36,909 nucleotides of DNA from Anaerolineae bacterium (lineage in GTDB: Bacteria > Chloroflexota > Anaerolineae > B4-G1 > DUEL01), in the NCBI GenBank assembly GCA_029932895.1, contig JAOZPF010000001.1, positions 1 through 36,909 on the forward strand, in the 5' to 3' direction. Under the pieces are notes generated by a model. That model ran no database searches. It saw only the letters and a program-made list of their open reading frames with translations, and was not told the origin of the DNA. The position numbers and the translations under genes were made by a program. Shown piece by piece: positions 18,712 to 27,463 of the stretch; position 1 is the stretch's first letter; each line of letters begins with the position of its first letter.

Positions 18712-18874
18712 GGGTAGGGCAATCGCAGGTCTCGCGCCCCTCCGGACCGCCCGCCGCCTGGGTTTGGCTCCCAGGGCTTGGCTGTTCGGTCGCGCTGCAA
18801 GCGTGATCTCGGTCGTCAGCTCCTGGATTGCTAGTTTGGCCTACTTTGGCCAAGCCCTGCGAGGCGAATCAGGA

Positions 18875-18902
18875 TTGACTTCCCCAGAAAAACAGGTATG
18901 AT
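18875..18902 (+). promoter_or_regulatory. candidate promoter for tRNA-Val
   Basis: TTGACT (18875-18880), 16-nt spacer, TATGAT (18897-18902), 17 nt before the tRNA 5' end. Confidence 0.5.
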
Positions 18903-18919
18903 TGAAACGGTTGACCCGT

Positions 18920-18996
18920 GGGCGGTTAGCTCAGTTGGTTAGAGCGCTTCCCTTACAAGGAAGAGGTCACAGGTTCGAGTCCTGTACCGCCCACCA
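18920..18996 (+). tRNA. tRNA-Val (anticodon UAC), CCA encoded
   Basis: Hand-folded cloverleaf. Acceptor GGGCGGT/ACCGCCC, D stem GCTC/GAGC, anticodon stem CTTCC/GGAAG with loop CT-TAC-AA, T arm ACAGG-TTCGAGT-CCTGT, discriminator A, then CCA. 77 nt in total. Confidence 0.95.
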
Positions 18997-19049
18997 CACC
19001 GGTGCCGGGCGTTCCTGGAGCGTCCGGCGCTGACGGTCGGAGGTCCTGG

Positions 19050-20003
19050 TTGAAGCTCTTGCTGCCTGATCATTTGCTCGAGTCGTTGGGCCAGCGGATA
19101 TGCCGTGTCGCCCCCGAGTGCCAGATCGTCCCTGTCGATGATAAGGGGAAGGTGGAGGGCGATCCGAGCGATAGCGAGGTTCTCTTTCTGCGCTGGGGGC
19201 TTGACCGCGAGTCCTTTGAGCGGCTGGTGAACGATACTCCCAACCTGCGCTGGATTCACTCCATCAGCGCCGGTGTGGAACACATTCTCTTCCCCGCCCT
19301 AGCCGGGTCCGACGTGATTCTGACCAATGCCAGCGGGGTCTTTAGCGTCCCCATCGCCGAGACGGTCCTGGGCTATATGCTGGCGGTAGCCAAGCGGTTC
19401 CCCGCCTTTTTTGCACAGCAGCAGGCGCGTTGCTGGCGCAAACTCCCCCTGCGCGAGCTGCGCGGCCTGACGGTGGGCATTATCGGGTTAGGTGGCATCG
19501 GCTCGGAGGTGGCCCGCCTTTGTCGTGCATTTGGCATGCAGGTCCTGGGGCTACAACGGACCCCCCGCCCCAACGCCTACGCCGACGAGGTGCTGGATGG
19601 TACCCATCTCCACGACCTGCTGGCCCGCTCCGACTTTGTGCTCATTTCCATACCGCTCACCGCGGCGACCCGTGGGCTGATCGGCGCGGCCGAGCTGGCA
19701 GCGATGAGACCGGACGGCTGGTTGATCAACGTCGCCCGCGGCCCCATCGTGGACGAACGGGCACTGGTCGAGGCGCTGCAAGAGAGGCGCATCGGCGGGG
19801 CTTGCCTGGACGTCTTTGCCGAGGAGCCACTGCCGGAGGACAGCCCTCTCTGGGACCTACCCAACGTCATCATCACCCCTCACGATTCGTGGAGCAGCCC
19901 GCACCTGGAGGAGAGGGAGGCCGAGTTGTTCTTGGAAAACCTGCGCCGTTACGTGGCTGGTCAGGTCCTTCTCAATGTGGTGGACAAGGAAGCAGGTTAC
20001 TAG
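19050..20003 (+). CDS. D-isomer-specific 2-hydroxyacid dehydrogenase family (glyoxylate/hydroxypyruvate reductase or PGDH-like)
   Basis: NAD-binding site GIIGLGGIGSEVA, then NVARGPIVDE, LDVF..EPLP and ITPH (catalytic His). The track ORF starts at GTG 19002, only 6 nt after the tRNA. I prefer the in-frame TTG at 19050, which has GGAGG at 19039-19043. The start is uncertain. Confidence 0.82.
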   Translation: MKLLLPDHLLESLGQRICRVAPECQIVPVDDKGKVEGDPSDSEVLFLRWGLDRESFERLVNDTPNLRWIHSISAGVEHILFPALAGSDVILTNASGVFSVPIAETVLGYMLAVAKRFPAFFAQQQARCWRKLPLRELRGLTVGIIGLGGIGSEVARLCRAFGMQVLGLQRTPRPNAYADEVLDGTHLHDLLARSDFVLISIPLTAATRGLIGAAELAAMRPDGWLINVARGPIVDERALVEALQERRIGGACLDVFAEEPLPEDSPLWDLPNVIITPHDSWSSPHLEEREAELFLENLRRYVAGQVLLNVVDKEAGY

Positions 20004-20014
20004 AGCGCTCCGAG

Positions 20015-22573
20015 ATGATCTACCTGAACGACCTGCTTGCAGCCACCGGGGGGAAACGCGTCGGCCCCGTGACGCCACGACAGTTTCCTGCCTTTTGCTA
20101 CGATGCGCGCCGTGTCCAGCCAGGTGACCTCTTTGTGGCGGTCAAGACCGAGGATGGGGACGGACACGACCGCATTGGGGAGGCCGTGACGAACGGAGCC
20201 AGCGGGGTGTTGTGCCAGTTCCCGCCCGATAGGCCGACCGTACCCTGCATCGTCGTCCCGGACACGCAACTGGCCCTCACCGAGTGGGCTGCTTATGTCC
20301 TGCACAAGGTCAACCCGCAGGTCGTGGGGGTTACCGGCTCCACAGGCAAGACCGATGCCACCCGGGCCATCGCCGCCGTTCTCTCGGTTCGCTACCGGGT
20401 GTTCACCAACCCGCCAGACCTGAGCAACCGTTTTGGGCTGCCCATCTCTCTGGCCGGCCTCTCCAGCGAGCACGAGGCGTCCGTCCTGGAGCTGGCCTCC
20501 CATGCCTTTGACGACATCGCGCATTTGGCCGAGCTGATCCATCCGCGCGTCGCCGTCGTCACCGCCGTCAACGAAGCGCACCTGGCCTACCTGGGCAGCC
20601 TGGAGGCCATCGCTCAGGAGAAGGGTTCGCTGGTCGAGGCGCTCCCACCCGACGGCGTGGCGGTGCTGAACTATGATGACCCGTGGGTGCGCGGGATGCG
20701 GGAGCGGACCCGTGCCCACGTTGTCACCTACGGGCTTGGTCCCGATGCCGACATCGTTGCCTCTGACCTCCGCCCCGACCCGGAGGGGCTTCAGTTCGTC
20801 GTTCACTTTCCCGGCGTCAGCGGGCTGGGCACCCCTGGCTATCCGGCCAAGGCCGAGGTGCGCACCCGCCTTCTGGGCCGCCACCAAGCCCACACTGTCC
20901 TCGCTGCCATCGCCGTTGGCCTGGCCTACCACGTTCCGTGGGACGATATTCTGGACGTAGTGGAGGAACTGCGCCCTGCCCCCGGTCGCCTGCAGGCCCT
21001 GCCGGGGGTGGGTGGGTCGCTCCTTCTGGACGGCTCGGCCAGTTGCAGCCCCGTCACTGCCTTGCAGGCCCTTGTCGCCCTGGCTGATTATCCTGCCCAC
21101 CGCCGCATCGCCGTCATGGGCGATATGGCCCAGTTGGGTGGCTACGCGGTGGAGGGTCATCGCCGGGTGGGGCGAGCTGCTGCTGCCTTTGTCGATCTCC
21201 TGGTTGTAAAGGGGGAGCGCGCCGTCTGGATCGCCGACGCGGCCGAGGAGGCCGGCCTCTCGGGCGAACGAACCCTGGTCACTTATACCGCCCGCGATGT
21301 CGTGCGCCACCTCCACTCGCAACTGGGACCGGGCGATGTCGTGCTGATCAAGGGGGATGTCGAGACGCAGATGGAGGAGGTGGTGAAAGGGCTTCTCGCC
21401 CGCCCTGAGGATACCGACAATCTGGTGCGGCGGGTGGACGGCATGGCGGTCCGTACCGCTCGCCCGGCCCGTCCCACCTGGGTGGAGGTCGATCTGGAGG
21501 CGGTAGCGTTCAACGTCCGCCAGGTGAAGCAGATCGTCGGGCCGGAGGTGGATGTGCTGGCGGTGCTCAAGGCGGATGCGTACGGGCATGGCGCTCTCAC
21601 CGTCGCTCGCACCGCTTTCAACAACGGCGCTTCCTACGGCGGAGTGGCCTCGGTCAACGAGGCGATCAAGCTCCGAGAGGGCGGGGTGGATGCCCCTCTC
21701 CTGGTTCTGGGGTACACTCCTGCCTGGCTGGCGCGGGACGCGCTGCTCCACGATGTCACCCTGACCCTCTACGACACGGAGCTGGCGTGGGCCTTTAGCC
21801 GCGCTGCCATCGACCTGCGCCGCATCGCCCACGTGCACATCAAGGTGGATACCGGCATGGGACGGCTGGGGTTGCTGCCCGACCAGGTCGTTCCCTTTGT
21901 GGCCGAGATTCGCGATCTACCCAACCTCGACCTGGAGGGCATCTTTACCCACTTTTCCATCGCCGACGATGAGGACCTAAGCTACACCCGTTACCAGCTT
22001 GCTCGCTTCGAGAGGGTGTTGGAGCAGTTGGAGGCCATCGGCGTCACTTTCCGCCGCGTTCACTGCGCCAATTCGGCCGGTCTCCTGCGGTTGCCCCAGG
22101 CGCGGTTCAACATGGTCCGTCTGGGCCTGGCGATGTACGGCTTGCAGCCTTCCCCTTATGTTCCCCTGCCCCCCGGTTTCCGGCCCGCACTGACCTGGCA
22201 CACGACCGTCGCCCAGGTAAAGAGATTGCCGCCGGGCAGCTATGTCAGCTATGGCAATACCTACCGCACCGCGGGAGAGGAGACCATCGCTGTCATCCCG
22301 GTGGGCTATGCCGATGGTTTCCGCCGTGCTCCCACCCGCTGGCAGGCCGTCCTGGTTCGCGGGCAGCGCGCGCCGATCGTGGGCCGCGTCTGTATGGACC
22401 AGACGATGATCAATGTCAGCCACATTCCCAACGTCCGTGTGGGGGACGAGGTCGTGCTCATTGGCCCTCAGGGTGATGACGAGATCACCGCCGAGGAGGT
22501 GGCGGACTGGCTGGGGACGATCAACTATGAAGTGGTCTCCGAGATATTGGCCCGGGTGCCACGGGTGGTGTAA
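20015..22573 (+). CDS. murF/alr: bifunctional UDP-MurNAc-tripeptide--D-Ala-D-Ala ligase (MurF, aa 1-~465) / alanine racemase (Alr, aa ~485-852)
   Basis: Start at MIYLNDLLAATGG (ATG 20015). The upstream 195 codons of track ORF 19430..22573 overlap the dehydrogenase gene in another frame. MurF: VGVTGSTGKT P-loop. Alr: TWVEVDLEAV..., LKADAYGHG (PLP Lys), YGNTY, VCMDQ. Confidence 0.9.
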   Translation: MIYLNDLLAATGGKRVGPVTPRQFPAFCYDARRVQPGDLFVAVKTEDGDGHDRIGEAVTNGASGVLCQFPPDRPTVPCIVVPDTQLALTEWAAYVLHKVNPQVVGVTGSTGKTDATRAIAAVLSVRYRVFTNPPDLSNRFGLPISLAGLSSEHEASVLELASHAFDDIAHLAELIHPRVAVVTAVNEAHLAYLGSLEAIAQEKGSLVEALPPDGVAVLNYDDPWVRGMRERTRAHVVTYGLGPDADIVASDLRPDPEGLQFVVHFPGVSGLGTPGYPAKAEVRTRLLGRHQAHTVLAAIAVGLAYHVPWDDILDVVEELRPAPGRLQALPGVGGSLLLDGSASCSPVTALQALVALADYPAHRRIAVMGDMAQLGGYAVEGHRRVGRAAAAFVDLLVVKGERAVWIADAAEEAGLSGERTLVTYTARDVVRHLHSQLGPGDVVLIKGDVETQMEEVVKGLLARPEDTDNLVRRVDGMAVRTARPARPTWVEVDLEAVAFNVRQVKQIVGPEVDVLAVLKADAYGHGALTVARTAFNNGASYGGVASVNEAIKLREGGVDAPLLVLGYTPAWLARDALLHDVTLTLYDTELAWAFSRAAIDLRRIAHVHIKVDTGMGRLGLLPDQVVPFVAEIRDLPNLDLEGIFTHFSIADDEDLSYTRYQLARFERVLEQLEAIGVTFRRVHCANSAGLLRLPQARFNMVRLGLAMYGLQPSPYVPLPPGFRPALTWHTTVAQVKRLPPGSYVSYGNTYRTAGEETIAVIPVGYADGFRRAPTRWQAVLVRGQRAPIVGRVCMDQTMINVSHIPNVRVGDEVVLIGPQGDDEITAEEVADWLGTINYEVVSEILARVPRVV

Positions 22574-22580
22574 AGCGGCT

Positions 22581-22609
22581 TTGACCACACAGTTGGTATT
22601 GGGTATAAT
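22581..22609 (+). promoter_or_regulatory. sigma-70-type promoter for gcvH-gcvPA-gcvPB
   Basis: TTGACC (22581-22586), 17-nt spacer, TATAAT (22604-22609), about 95 nt upstream of the gcvH ATG. Confidence 0.6.
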
Positions 22610-22703
22610 GAGGGTGTGCACTGGATGTCGGCCCGATCGCCCGGCCGCAACCAGGATTTAGCCCCAAGAGGGCAATCCGTGACCAGCAGAAGGAGGTTTG
22701 GCG

Positions 22704-23093
22704 ATGAAACTGGATGCGAACGCGCGGTACACCGAAGAGCACGAGTGGGCGCGGCCGGACGACGCCGAATTCGTCTGTGGCATCACCGACCATGCCCAAG
22801 ACTCGCTCGGCGATATCGTCTACGTGGAACTGCCGGAGGTGGGAGATACTTTCGAGCAGGGAGAGACGTTCGGTGTCGTCGAGTCGGTAAAGGCTGCCTC
22901 CGACCTCTATATGCCGCTGGGCGGGGAGATCACCGCCGTCAACGAGGTGCTGGAGGACACGCCAGAGCTGGTCAACCAGGACCCCTATGGCGAGGGCTGG
23001 ATGATCCGCATCAGCCCCTCCGACCCCGCCGAGTTCGATGACCTGCTGGACGCCGACGCCTACGAGACTTTTGTGGCGGAGGAAGAGGTATAA
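22704..23093 (+). CDS. gcvH: glycine cleavage system H protein
   Basis: MKLDANARYTEEHEWA...; lipoyl-lysine motif VESVKAASDLY. ATG 22704 lies 7 nt after AGGAGG (22691-22696). The track start TTG 22698 is less likely. Confidence 0.93.
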   Translation: MKLDANARYTEEHEWARPDDAEFVCGITDHAQDSLGDIVYVELPEVGDTFEQGETFGVVESVKAASDLYMPLGGEITAVNEVLEDTPELVNQDPYGEGWMIRISPSDPAEFDDLLDADAYETFVAEEEV

Positions 23094-23140
23094 CTCGCAA
23101 CTCGCAATTTGCCACTCGCAATTCGCAATTCGCAACTCGC
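23092..23140. repeat. heptanucleotide tandem repeat (AAYTCGC, ~7 units) filling the gcvH-gcvPA spacer
   Basis: AACTCGC AACTCGC AATTTGCC ACTCGC AATTCGC AATTCGC AACTCGC. It begins inside the gcvH stop codon and ends 4 nt before the GAGGTG SD of gcvPA. Confidence 0.85.
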
Positions 23141-23156
23141 CACACGAGGTGTCTCT

Positions 23157-24500
23157 ATGCCCTATATCCCGCACAGTGACCAAGACCGGGACGCGATGCT
23201 CAAAGCCATCGGCGTCCGCTCCATAGAGGAGCTTTTTCAGGATGTGCCGCAGCGCGTCCGCTTTCCACCGCTCGACCTGCCCCCTGCTCTTTCTGAATTG
23301 GAGGCGAGGTGGGAGCTGGAGGCGCTGGCTGGGGTGAATTTCACCGCCGGCGATGGCCCTTGCTTCCTGGGAGCGGGAGCATACCATCATTTCGTCCCCG
23401 CCGTGGTGGACGCGGTGCTGCGCCGGGGTGAGTTCACTACTGCTTACACCCCCTATCAGCCCGAGATCAGCCAGGGAACCCTGCAGGCCATTTTCGAGTA
23501 CCAGACGATGATCTGTGAACTGACGGGGATGGAGGTCGCCAATGCCTCCCACTATGACGGCGCTACCGCCACCGCCGAGGCAGTCATCACCGCTGTCAAT
23601 GTGCAGCGAATGAAGCGGCGCAAGGCGATCATCTCTCCCCTGGTCCACCCGGAGTATCGGGCGGTGACGCGCACCTACACTCAGGGGATGGGGCTGACCA
23701 TCGTGGGCGATGAGGAGCCGCAGGCAAGCCTGGCGGACCTGGTGGCGCGGGTGGACGAAGAGACTGCCTGCCTGGTCGTCCAGACCCCCAATTTCTTGGG
23801 GCAGATCGAGGAACTGGAGGGGCTGGCAGACGCTGTCCACGCGAAGAAGGCACTTTTGATCGTCGTGGTCAACCCCATCAGTTTGGGGCTGCTCAAGCCG
23901 CCCGGCGCTTTTGGGGCCGATATCGTGGTGGGCGAGGGACAGGGGATGGGTGTCGGCCTGAACTTTGGCGGCCCGTACCTGGGGTTTTTCGCCACACGGA
24001 CCAAATACGTGCGCAAGATGTCCGGCCGGCTGGTCGGCCAGACGGTGGACGCGGAGGGAGAACGGGGGTTTGTCCTCACCCTCTCCACCCGCGAACAGCA
24101 TATCCGCCGCGAAAAGGCCACGTCCAACATCTGCTCCAACCAGGGGCTGGTGGCGCTGGCGGCGGCGGTCTACATGTCCGCGTTGGGCCGCCACGGGATG
24201 CGCCGCGTGGCCGAGCTGTGCTACCACCGTGCCCACTATGCCGCCGCGCGGATTGAGGCGCTGGATGGGTTCGCTGTCCTGCGGGAGAGACCGTTCTTCG
24301 ACGAGTTTGTGGTCCGCTGCCCCCGCCCGGTGTCAGAGATCAATGACATCCTGCTGGACGAGTGGGGCATCATCGGCGGTTACGATCTGGGGCAAGAGTA
24401 TGCTCACTTGCAGGATCACATGCTCCTGTGTGTGACCGAGATGAACCCCAGGAGCGAGATCAACCTGCTGGTGGAGGCGCTGGAGGAGGTCGTTTCATGA
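23157..24500 (+). CDS. gcvPA: glycine dehydrogenase (decarboxylating) subunit 1
   Basis: Start [20 protein letters not shown] (ATG 23157; GAGGTG SD). The track ORF start at 23109 lies inside the repeat array. Typical GcvPA N-terminus, and [13 protein letters not shown]. Confidence 0.92.
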   Translation: MPYIPHSDQDRDAMLKAIGVRSIEELFQDVPQRVRFPPLDLPPALSELEARWELEALAGVNFTAGDGPCFLGAGAYHHFVPAVVDAVLRRGEFTTAYTPYQPEISQGTLQAIFEYQTMICELTGMEVANASHYDGATATAEAVITAVNVQRMKRRKAIISPLVHPEYRAVTRTYTQGMGLTIVGDEEPQASLADLVARVDEETACLVVQTPNFLGQIEELEGLADAVHAKKALLIVVVNPISLGLLKPPGAFGADIVVGEGQGMGVGLNFGGPYLGFFATRTKYVRKMSGRLVGQTVDAEGERGFVLTLSTREQHIRREKATSNICSNQGLVALAAAVYMSALGRHGMRRVAELCYHRAHYAAARIEALDGFAVLRERPFFDEFVVRCPRPVSEINDILLDEWGIIGGYDLGQEYAHLQDHMLLCVTEMNPRSEINLLVEALEEVVS

Positions 24501-25960
24501 TAGAGCCCTTGATCTTTGAGATCTCCCGCCCTGGACGTTGCGCCACGTCGCTGCCAGAGCTGGATGTGGAGCCGGCCGAACTGCCCGCCGGATTGGTGCG
24601 CGAGGAGTTGAGCCTGCCGGAGGTGAGCGAGGCCGACCTGATTCGCCACTACACCCGCCTCTCCCAGTTGAACTATGCGGTTGATACCGGCTTTTATCCT
24701 CTTGGCTCCTGTACGATGAAGTACAACCCCAAGATCAACGAGGAGGTGGCCCGTCTGCCTGGCTTTGCCCGCCTCCATCCCTATCAAGACGTGGAGACAG
24801 TGCAGGGGGCGCTTTTCCTGATGTACTCTTTGCAGGCGTTCCTGCAAGAGATCGGCGGGTTCGCCGGGGTCAGCCTCCAGCCAGCGGCGGGGGCTCACGG
24901 CGAGCTGACCGGCGTGCTGATGATGCGCGCCTATCACCTGGACCGGGGGGATGTGGCGCGGGACGTGGTCTTGGTACCCGACTCGGCCCACGGCACCAAC
25001 CCCGCCAGCATATCGATGAGTGGCCTCAGAGCGGTGGAGGTTCCTTCAGATGAGCGGGGCAACGTGGACCTGGAAACGCTGGCGGCGGCCTGCCGGGAGC
25101 ATAGCGACCACCTGGTCGGGATGATGCTCACCAATCCCAACACGTTGGGGCTGTTCGATGAGCACCTGGCAGAGATAGTCGCTCTGGTCCACGAGCATGG
25201 CGGGCTGATGTACGGCGACGGGGCCAACATGAACGCGCTGCTGGGGATCACCCGACCGGGCGATCTGGGATTCGACGTCCTGCACTACAACCTGCACAAG
25301 ACCTTTAGCACCCCTCACGGCGGCGGCGGCCCTGGTTCTGGGCCGGTTGGCGCTTCATCGGCGTTGGTCGATTTCCTGCCCGGGCCTATCGTGGCGATTG
25401 ACCCTGAGCGGTCGGAGGGGGACGATCCTTTCTTTGCCCTGATCAATCCGCCCAAGTCGATTGGCCGTGTCAAGAGTTTTTACGGCCATTTTGGCGTGAT
25501 GGTGCGGGCCTACACCTACATTCGGATGTTGGGGGCGGAGGGGTTGCGCCGGGTGGCGGAGTATGCTGTGCTCAATGGCAACTACCTGATGAGCCAGATC
25601 AAGGATGTCTACCACGTTCCTTACGACCGCACCTGCATGCACGAGTTTGTCTGCGAGGGGCGCTTTCCCGATGCTCCGGGCGTGCGGGCCCTGGATATTG
25701 CCAAGCGGCTGATCGATTACGGCTTCCACCCGCCGACCAACTATTTTCCCCTCATCGTCCACGAGGCACTGATGATTGAGCCCACCGAGACAGAGAGCAA
25801 AGAAACGCTGGACCGGTTTGCCGAGGCGCTGCTCAAGATCGCCCAGGAGGCACGCACCGATCCCGCTCTCTTGCATCAGGCACCACACAACGCTCCGCTG
25901 CGGCGGCTGGATGAGGTGCGGGCGGCCAAAGAGTTGATCCTGCGCTGGCAGCCCGAGTAA
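24497..25960 (+). CDS. gcvPB: glycine dehydrogenase (decarboxylating) subunit 2
   Basis: Start [14 protein letters not shown] (ATG 24497), ATGA overlap with the gcvPA stop. SCTMKYNP and PLP-Lys motif [16 protein letters not shown]. Confidence 0.92.
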   Translation: MIEPLIFEISRPGRCATSLPELDVEPAELPAGLVREELSLPEVSEADLIRHYTRLSQLNYAVDTGFYPLGSCTMKYNPKINEEVARLPGFARLHPYQDVETVQGALFLMYSLQAFLQEIGGFAGVSLQPAAGAHGELTGVLMMRAYHLDRGDVARDVVLVPDSAHGTNPASISMSGLRAVEVPSDERGNVDLETLAAACREHSDHLVGMMLTNPNTLGLFDEHLAEIVALVHEHGGLMYGDGANMNALLGITRPGDLGFDVLHYNLHKTFSTPHGGGGPGSGPVGASSALVDFLPGPIVAIDPERSEGDDPFFALINPPKSIGRVKSFYGHFGVMVRAYTYIRMLGAEGLRRVAEYAVLNGNYLMSQIKDVYHVPYDRTCMHEFVCEGRFPDAPGVRALDIAKRLIDYGFHPPTNYFPLIVHEALMIEPTETESKETLDRFAEALLKIAQEARTDPALLHQAPHNAPLRRLDEVRAAKELILRWQPE

Positions 25961-25983
25961 GGACCCGGCGGAGGTCACCGATT

Positions 25984-26508
25984 GTGGGCGATCAAGTTAT
26001 CCTGGTAGACGGGGACGACCGAGAGACCGGTGTCGGCGACAAGATGGCTGTGCACCGCGAAGGCGCACTCCATCGCGCCTTTTCGGTCTTTGTCTTTGAT
26101 TCGCAGGGGTTGATGCTTCTCCAGCGGCGGGCGGAGGCCAAGTACCATTCCGGCGGCCTCTGGAGCAACGCCTGTTGCAGCCATCCGCGGCCTGGAGAGT
26201 CGACCCTGGCGGCGGCCCACCGCAGGTTGCAGGAGGAGATGGGCTTTGACTGTCCCCTGGAGGAGGCTTTCAGCTTCACCTACCGCGTCCGGCTGGATAA
26301 CGACCTCTTTGAGCACGAGTTCGATCACGTCCTGGTGGGGACGTTCGATGGCGAGCCTGTCCCCAACTCGGAGGAGGTCGCCGGGTGGAGATGGGTCGAT
26401 GTGGAGGAGCTAGAGCGGGACGTTAGGGAGAACCCGAAGCGGTACACCCACTGGTTCAGGATCGTCCTCAGCAGGGTGGTCGACTGGCTGAGGGCAGAGC
26501 GGGCCTGA
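25984..26508 (+). CDS. idi: isopentenyl-diphosphate delta-isomerase, type 1 (Nudix)
   Basis: 174 aa. HREGALHRAFSVFVFD..G.MLLQRRA..K.HSGGLWSNACCSHP and EHEFDHV resemble E. coli Idi. GTG start. Confidence 0.85.
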   Translation: MGDQVILVDGDDRETGVGDKMAVHREGALHRAFSVFVFDSQGLMLLQRRAEAKYHSGGLWSNACCSHPRPGESTLAAAHRRLQEEMGFDCPLEEAFSFTYRVRLDNDLFEHEFDHVLVGTFDGEPVPNSEEVAGWRWVDVEELERDVRENPKRYTHWFRIVLSRVVDWLRAERA

Positions 26509-26522
26509 CCGCCCCGGTCAGG
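26504..26522. other. 8-bp hairpin containing both convergent stop codons (idi TGA and PAP2 TGA)
   Basis: CCTGACCG (26504-26511), loop CCC, CGGTCAGG (26515-22). The idi stop (26506-26508) and the PAP2 stop (complement of 26518-26520) lie in opposite arms. No U-tract on either strand. Confidence 0.45.
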
Positions 26523-27405
26523 CGCTCGTCTCGACCAAGCGCAGCCGGGCAAAGAACCACGGCGCGCCAAACGAACCCCACAGCCCCACGAGGGCATAAC
26601 GGATGGCGCGGAGCAGCAATGCTGGCTCCGCATCGCCAAAGATGGTCTTTAGCCCCAGCCAGAGGCCGGCGAGGACCACTGCGCCCAGCAGGAACCGCAC
26701 CAATCGCTTCCACCACACTCCGCCGCTCTCGAACCTCACCCACCGCCGCTCCAGGACGAACCCCACCCCCATCCCCAGCAGGGTCGCCGCCGGGGTGACT
26801 GGTTCCGGCGCGGGCACCGCCACCATCATCAGCACGGGTACCACCAGTGCCACGCCAAGTTGCCAGGCCAGACCGCTTGCCCTCAGCCACGGCTCCACCT
26901 TCGGCTCCAGCCAGAGATAGGCCAGGAGCAGGAGCACGCCAAAGAGCAGCCCACCCAGGACATCGGTGGGGAAGTGGACCCCCAGGTAGATGCGCGAGAG
27001 GGCGATCAGCAGAATCAGCGTCAGTGCCACCACCCAGAACCAGGTGCGGCGCAGTTGCGTAGCCAGATAGCCCCAGATTGCGACCGCGTCCTGCGAGTGA
27101 CCGCTAGGGAACCCATAACCACTGGCTGGAGAGAGGGGGTGCACCTGTTGTGGCGCGTACTCGAAAGGGCGCGGTTGGGCCAGCAGTGTCTTGGCCGTTT
27201 TGTTGGTATAGTCGCAGCAGAGGAAAAATACCGTCAACCTGGCACCTAGCTCCCTGTCAAAGCACCAGTAGATGAAAGGGAGGAGGAGCAGAATGGAAGG
27301 TTCCTCCCCCAGGAAAGTAAAGAACCTGAAGGGCGCGTCCAGCGCCGGGCTGAACTGCTGGAACCAGAGGATGATGTTGATACCCCAATCTAGGACATGT
27401 TCCAC
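26518..27405 (-). CDS. PAP2-family lipid phosphatase (membrane protein)
   Basis: 295 aa. PAP2 tripartite motif KTLLAQPRP ... PSGH ... SRIYLGVHFPTD. Multiple hydrophobic helices. GTG start with GAGGAGG SD. Confidence 0.85.
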   Translation of the reverse strand: MEHVLDWGINIILWFQQFSPALDAPFRFFTFLGEEPSILLLLPFIYWCFDRELGARLTVFFLCCDYTNKTAKTLLAQPRPFEYAPQQVHPLSPASGYGFPSGHSQDAVAIWGYLATQLRRTWFWVVALTLILLIALSRIYLGVHFPTDVLGGLLFGVLLLLAYLWLEPKVEPWLRASGLAWQLGVALVVPVLMMVAVPAPEPVTPAATLLGMGVGFVLERRWVRFESGGVWWKRLVRFLLGAVVLAGLWLGLKTIFGDAEPALLLRAIRYALVGLWGSFGAPWFFARLRLVETSA

Positions 27406-27463
27406 GGCTGTTTCCTCCTCTACAGACTGTTGGGCGGCCCGGCAATGGGCCGTGGCCCACGCG

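Noticed and set aside
18712-18874. Region after the fusion gene with GG[G/C]TTGGCT duplications and a TTGGCC...GGCCAA palindrome, considered as a terminator or regulatory site.
   Set aside because: The stems are short (6 bp) and there is no T-run or recognisable motif. It cannot be distinguished from chance in GC-rich DNA.
19430-20014. 195-codon N-terminal extension of the murF/alr ORF (1047 aa in the track).
   Set aside because: It overlaps the 2-hydroxyacid dehydrogenase gene out of frame and is Arg/Pro/Gly-rich. MurF homology begins at MIYLNDLL (ATG 20015), 9 nt after the dehydrogenase stop.
20000-21838. 612-aa minus-strand ORF opposite murF/alr, and the 571-aa minus-strand ORF 22521..24236 opposite gcvH/gcvPA.
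   Set aside because: Both are antisense shadows of clearly conserved plus-strand genes. The second even reads through the heptamer repeat and an intergenic promoter region.
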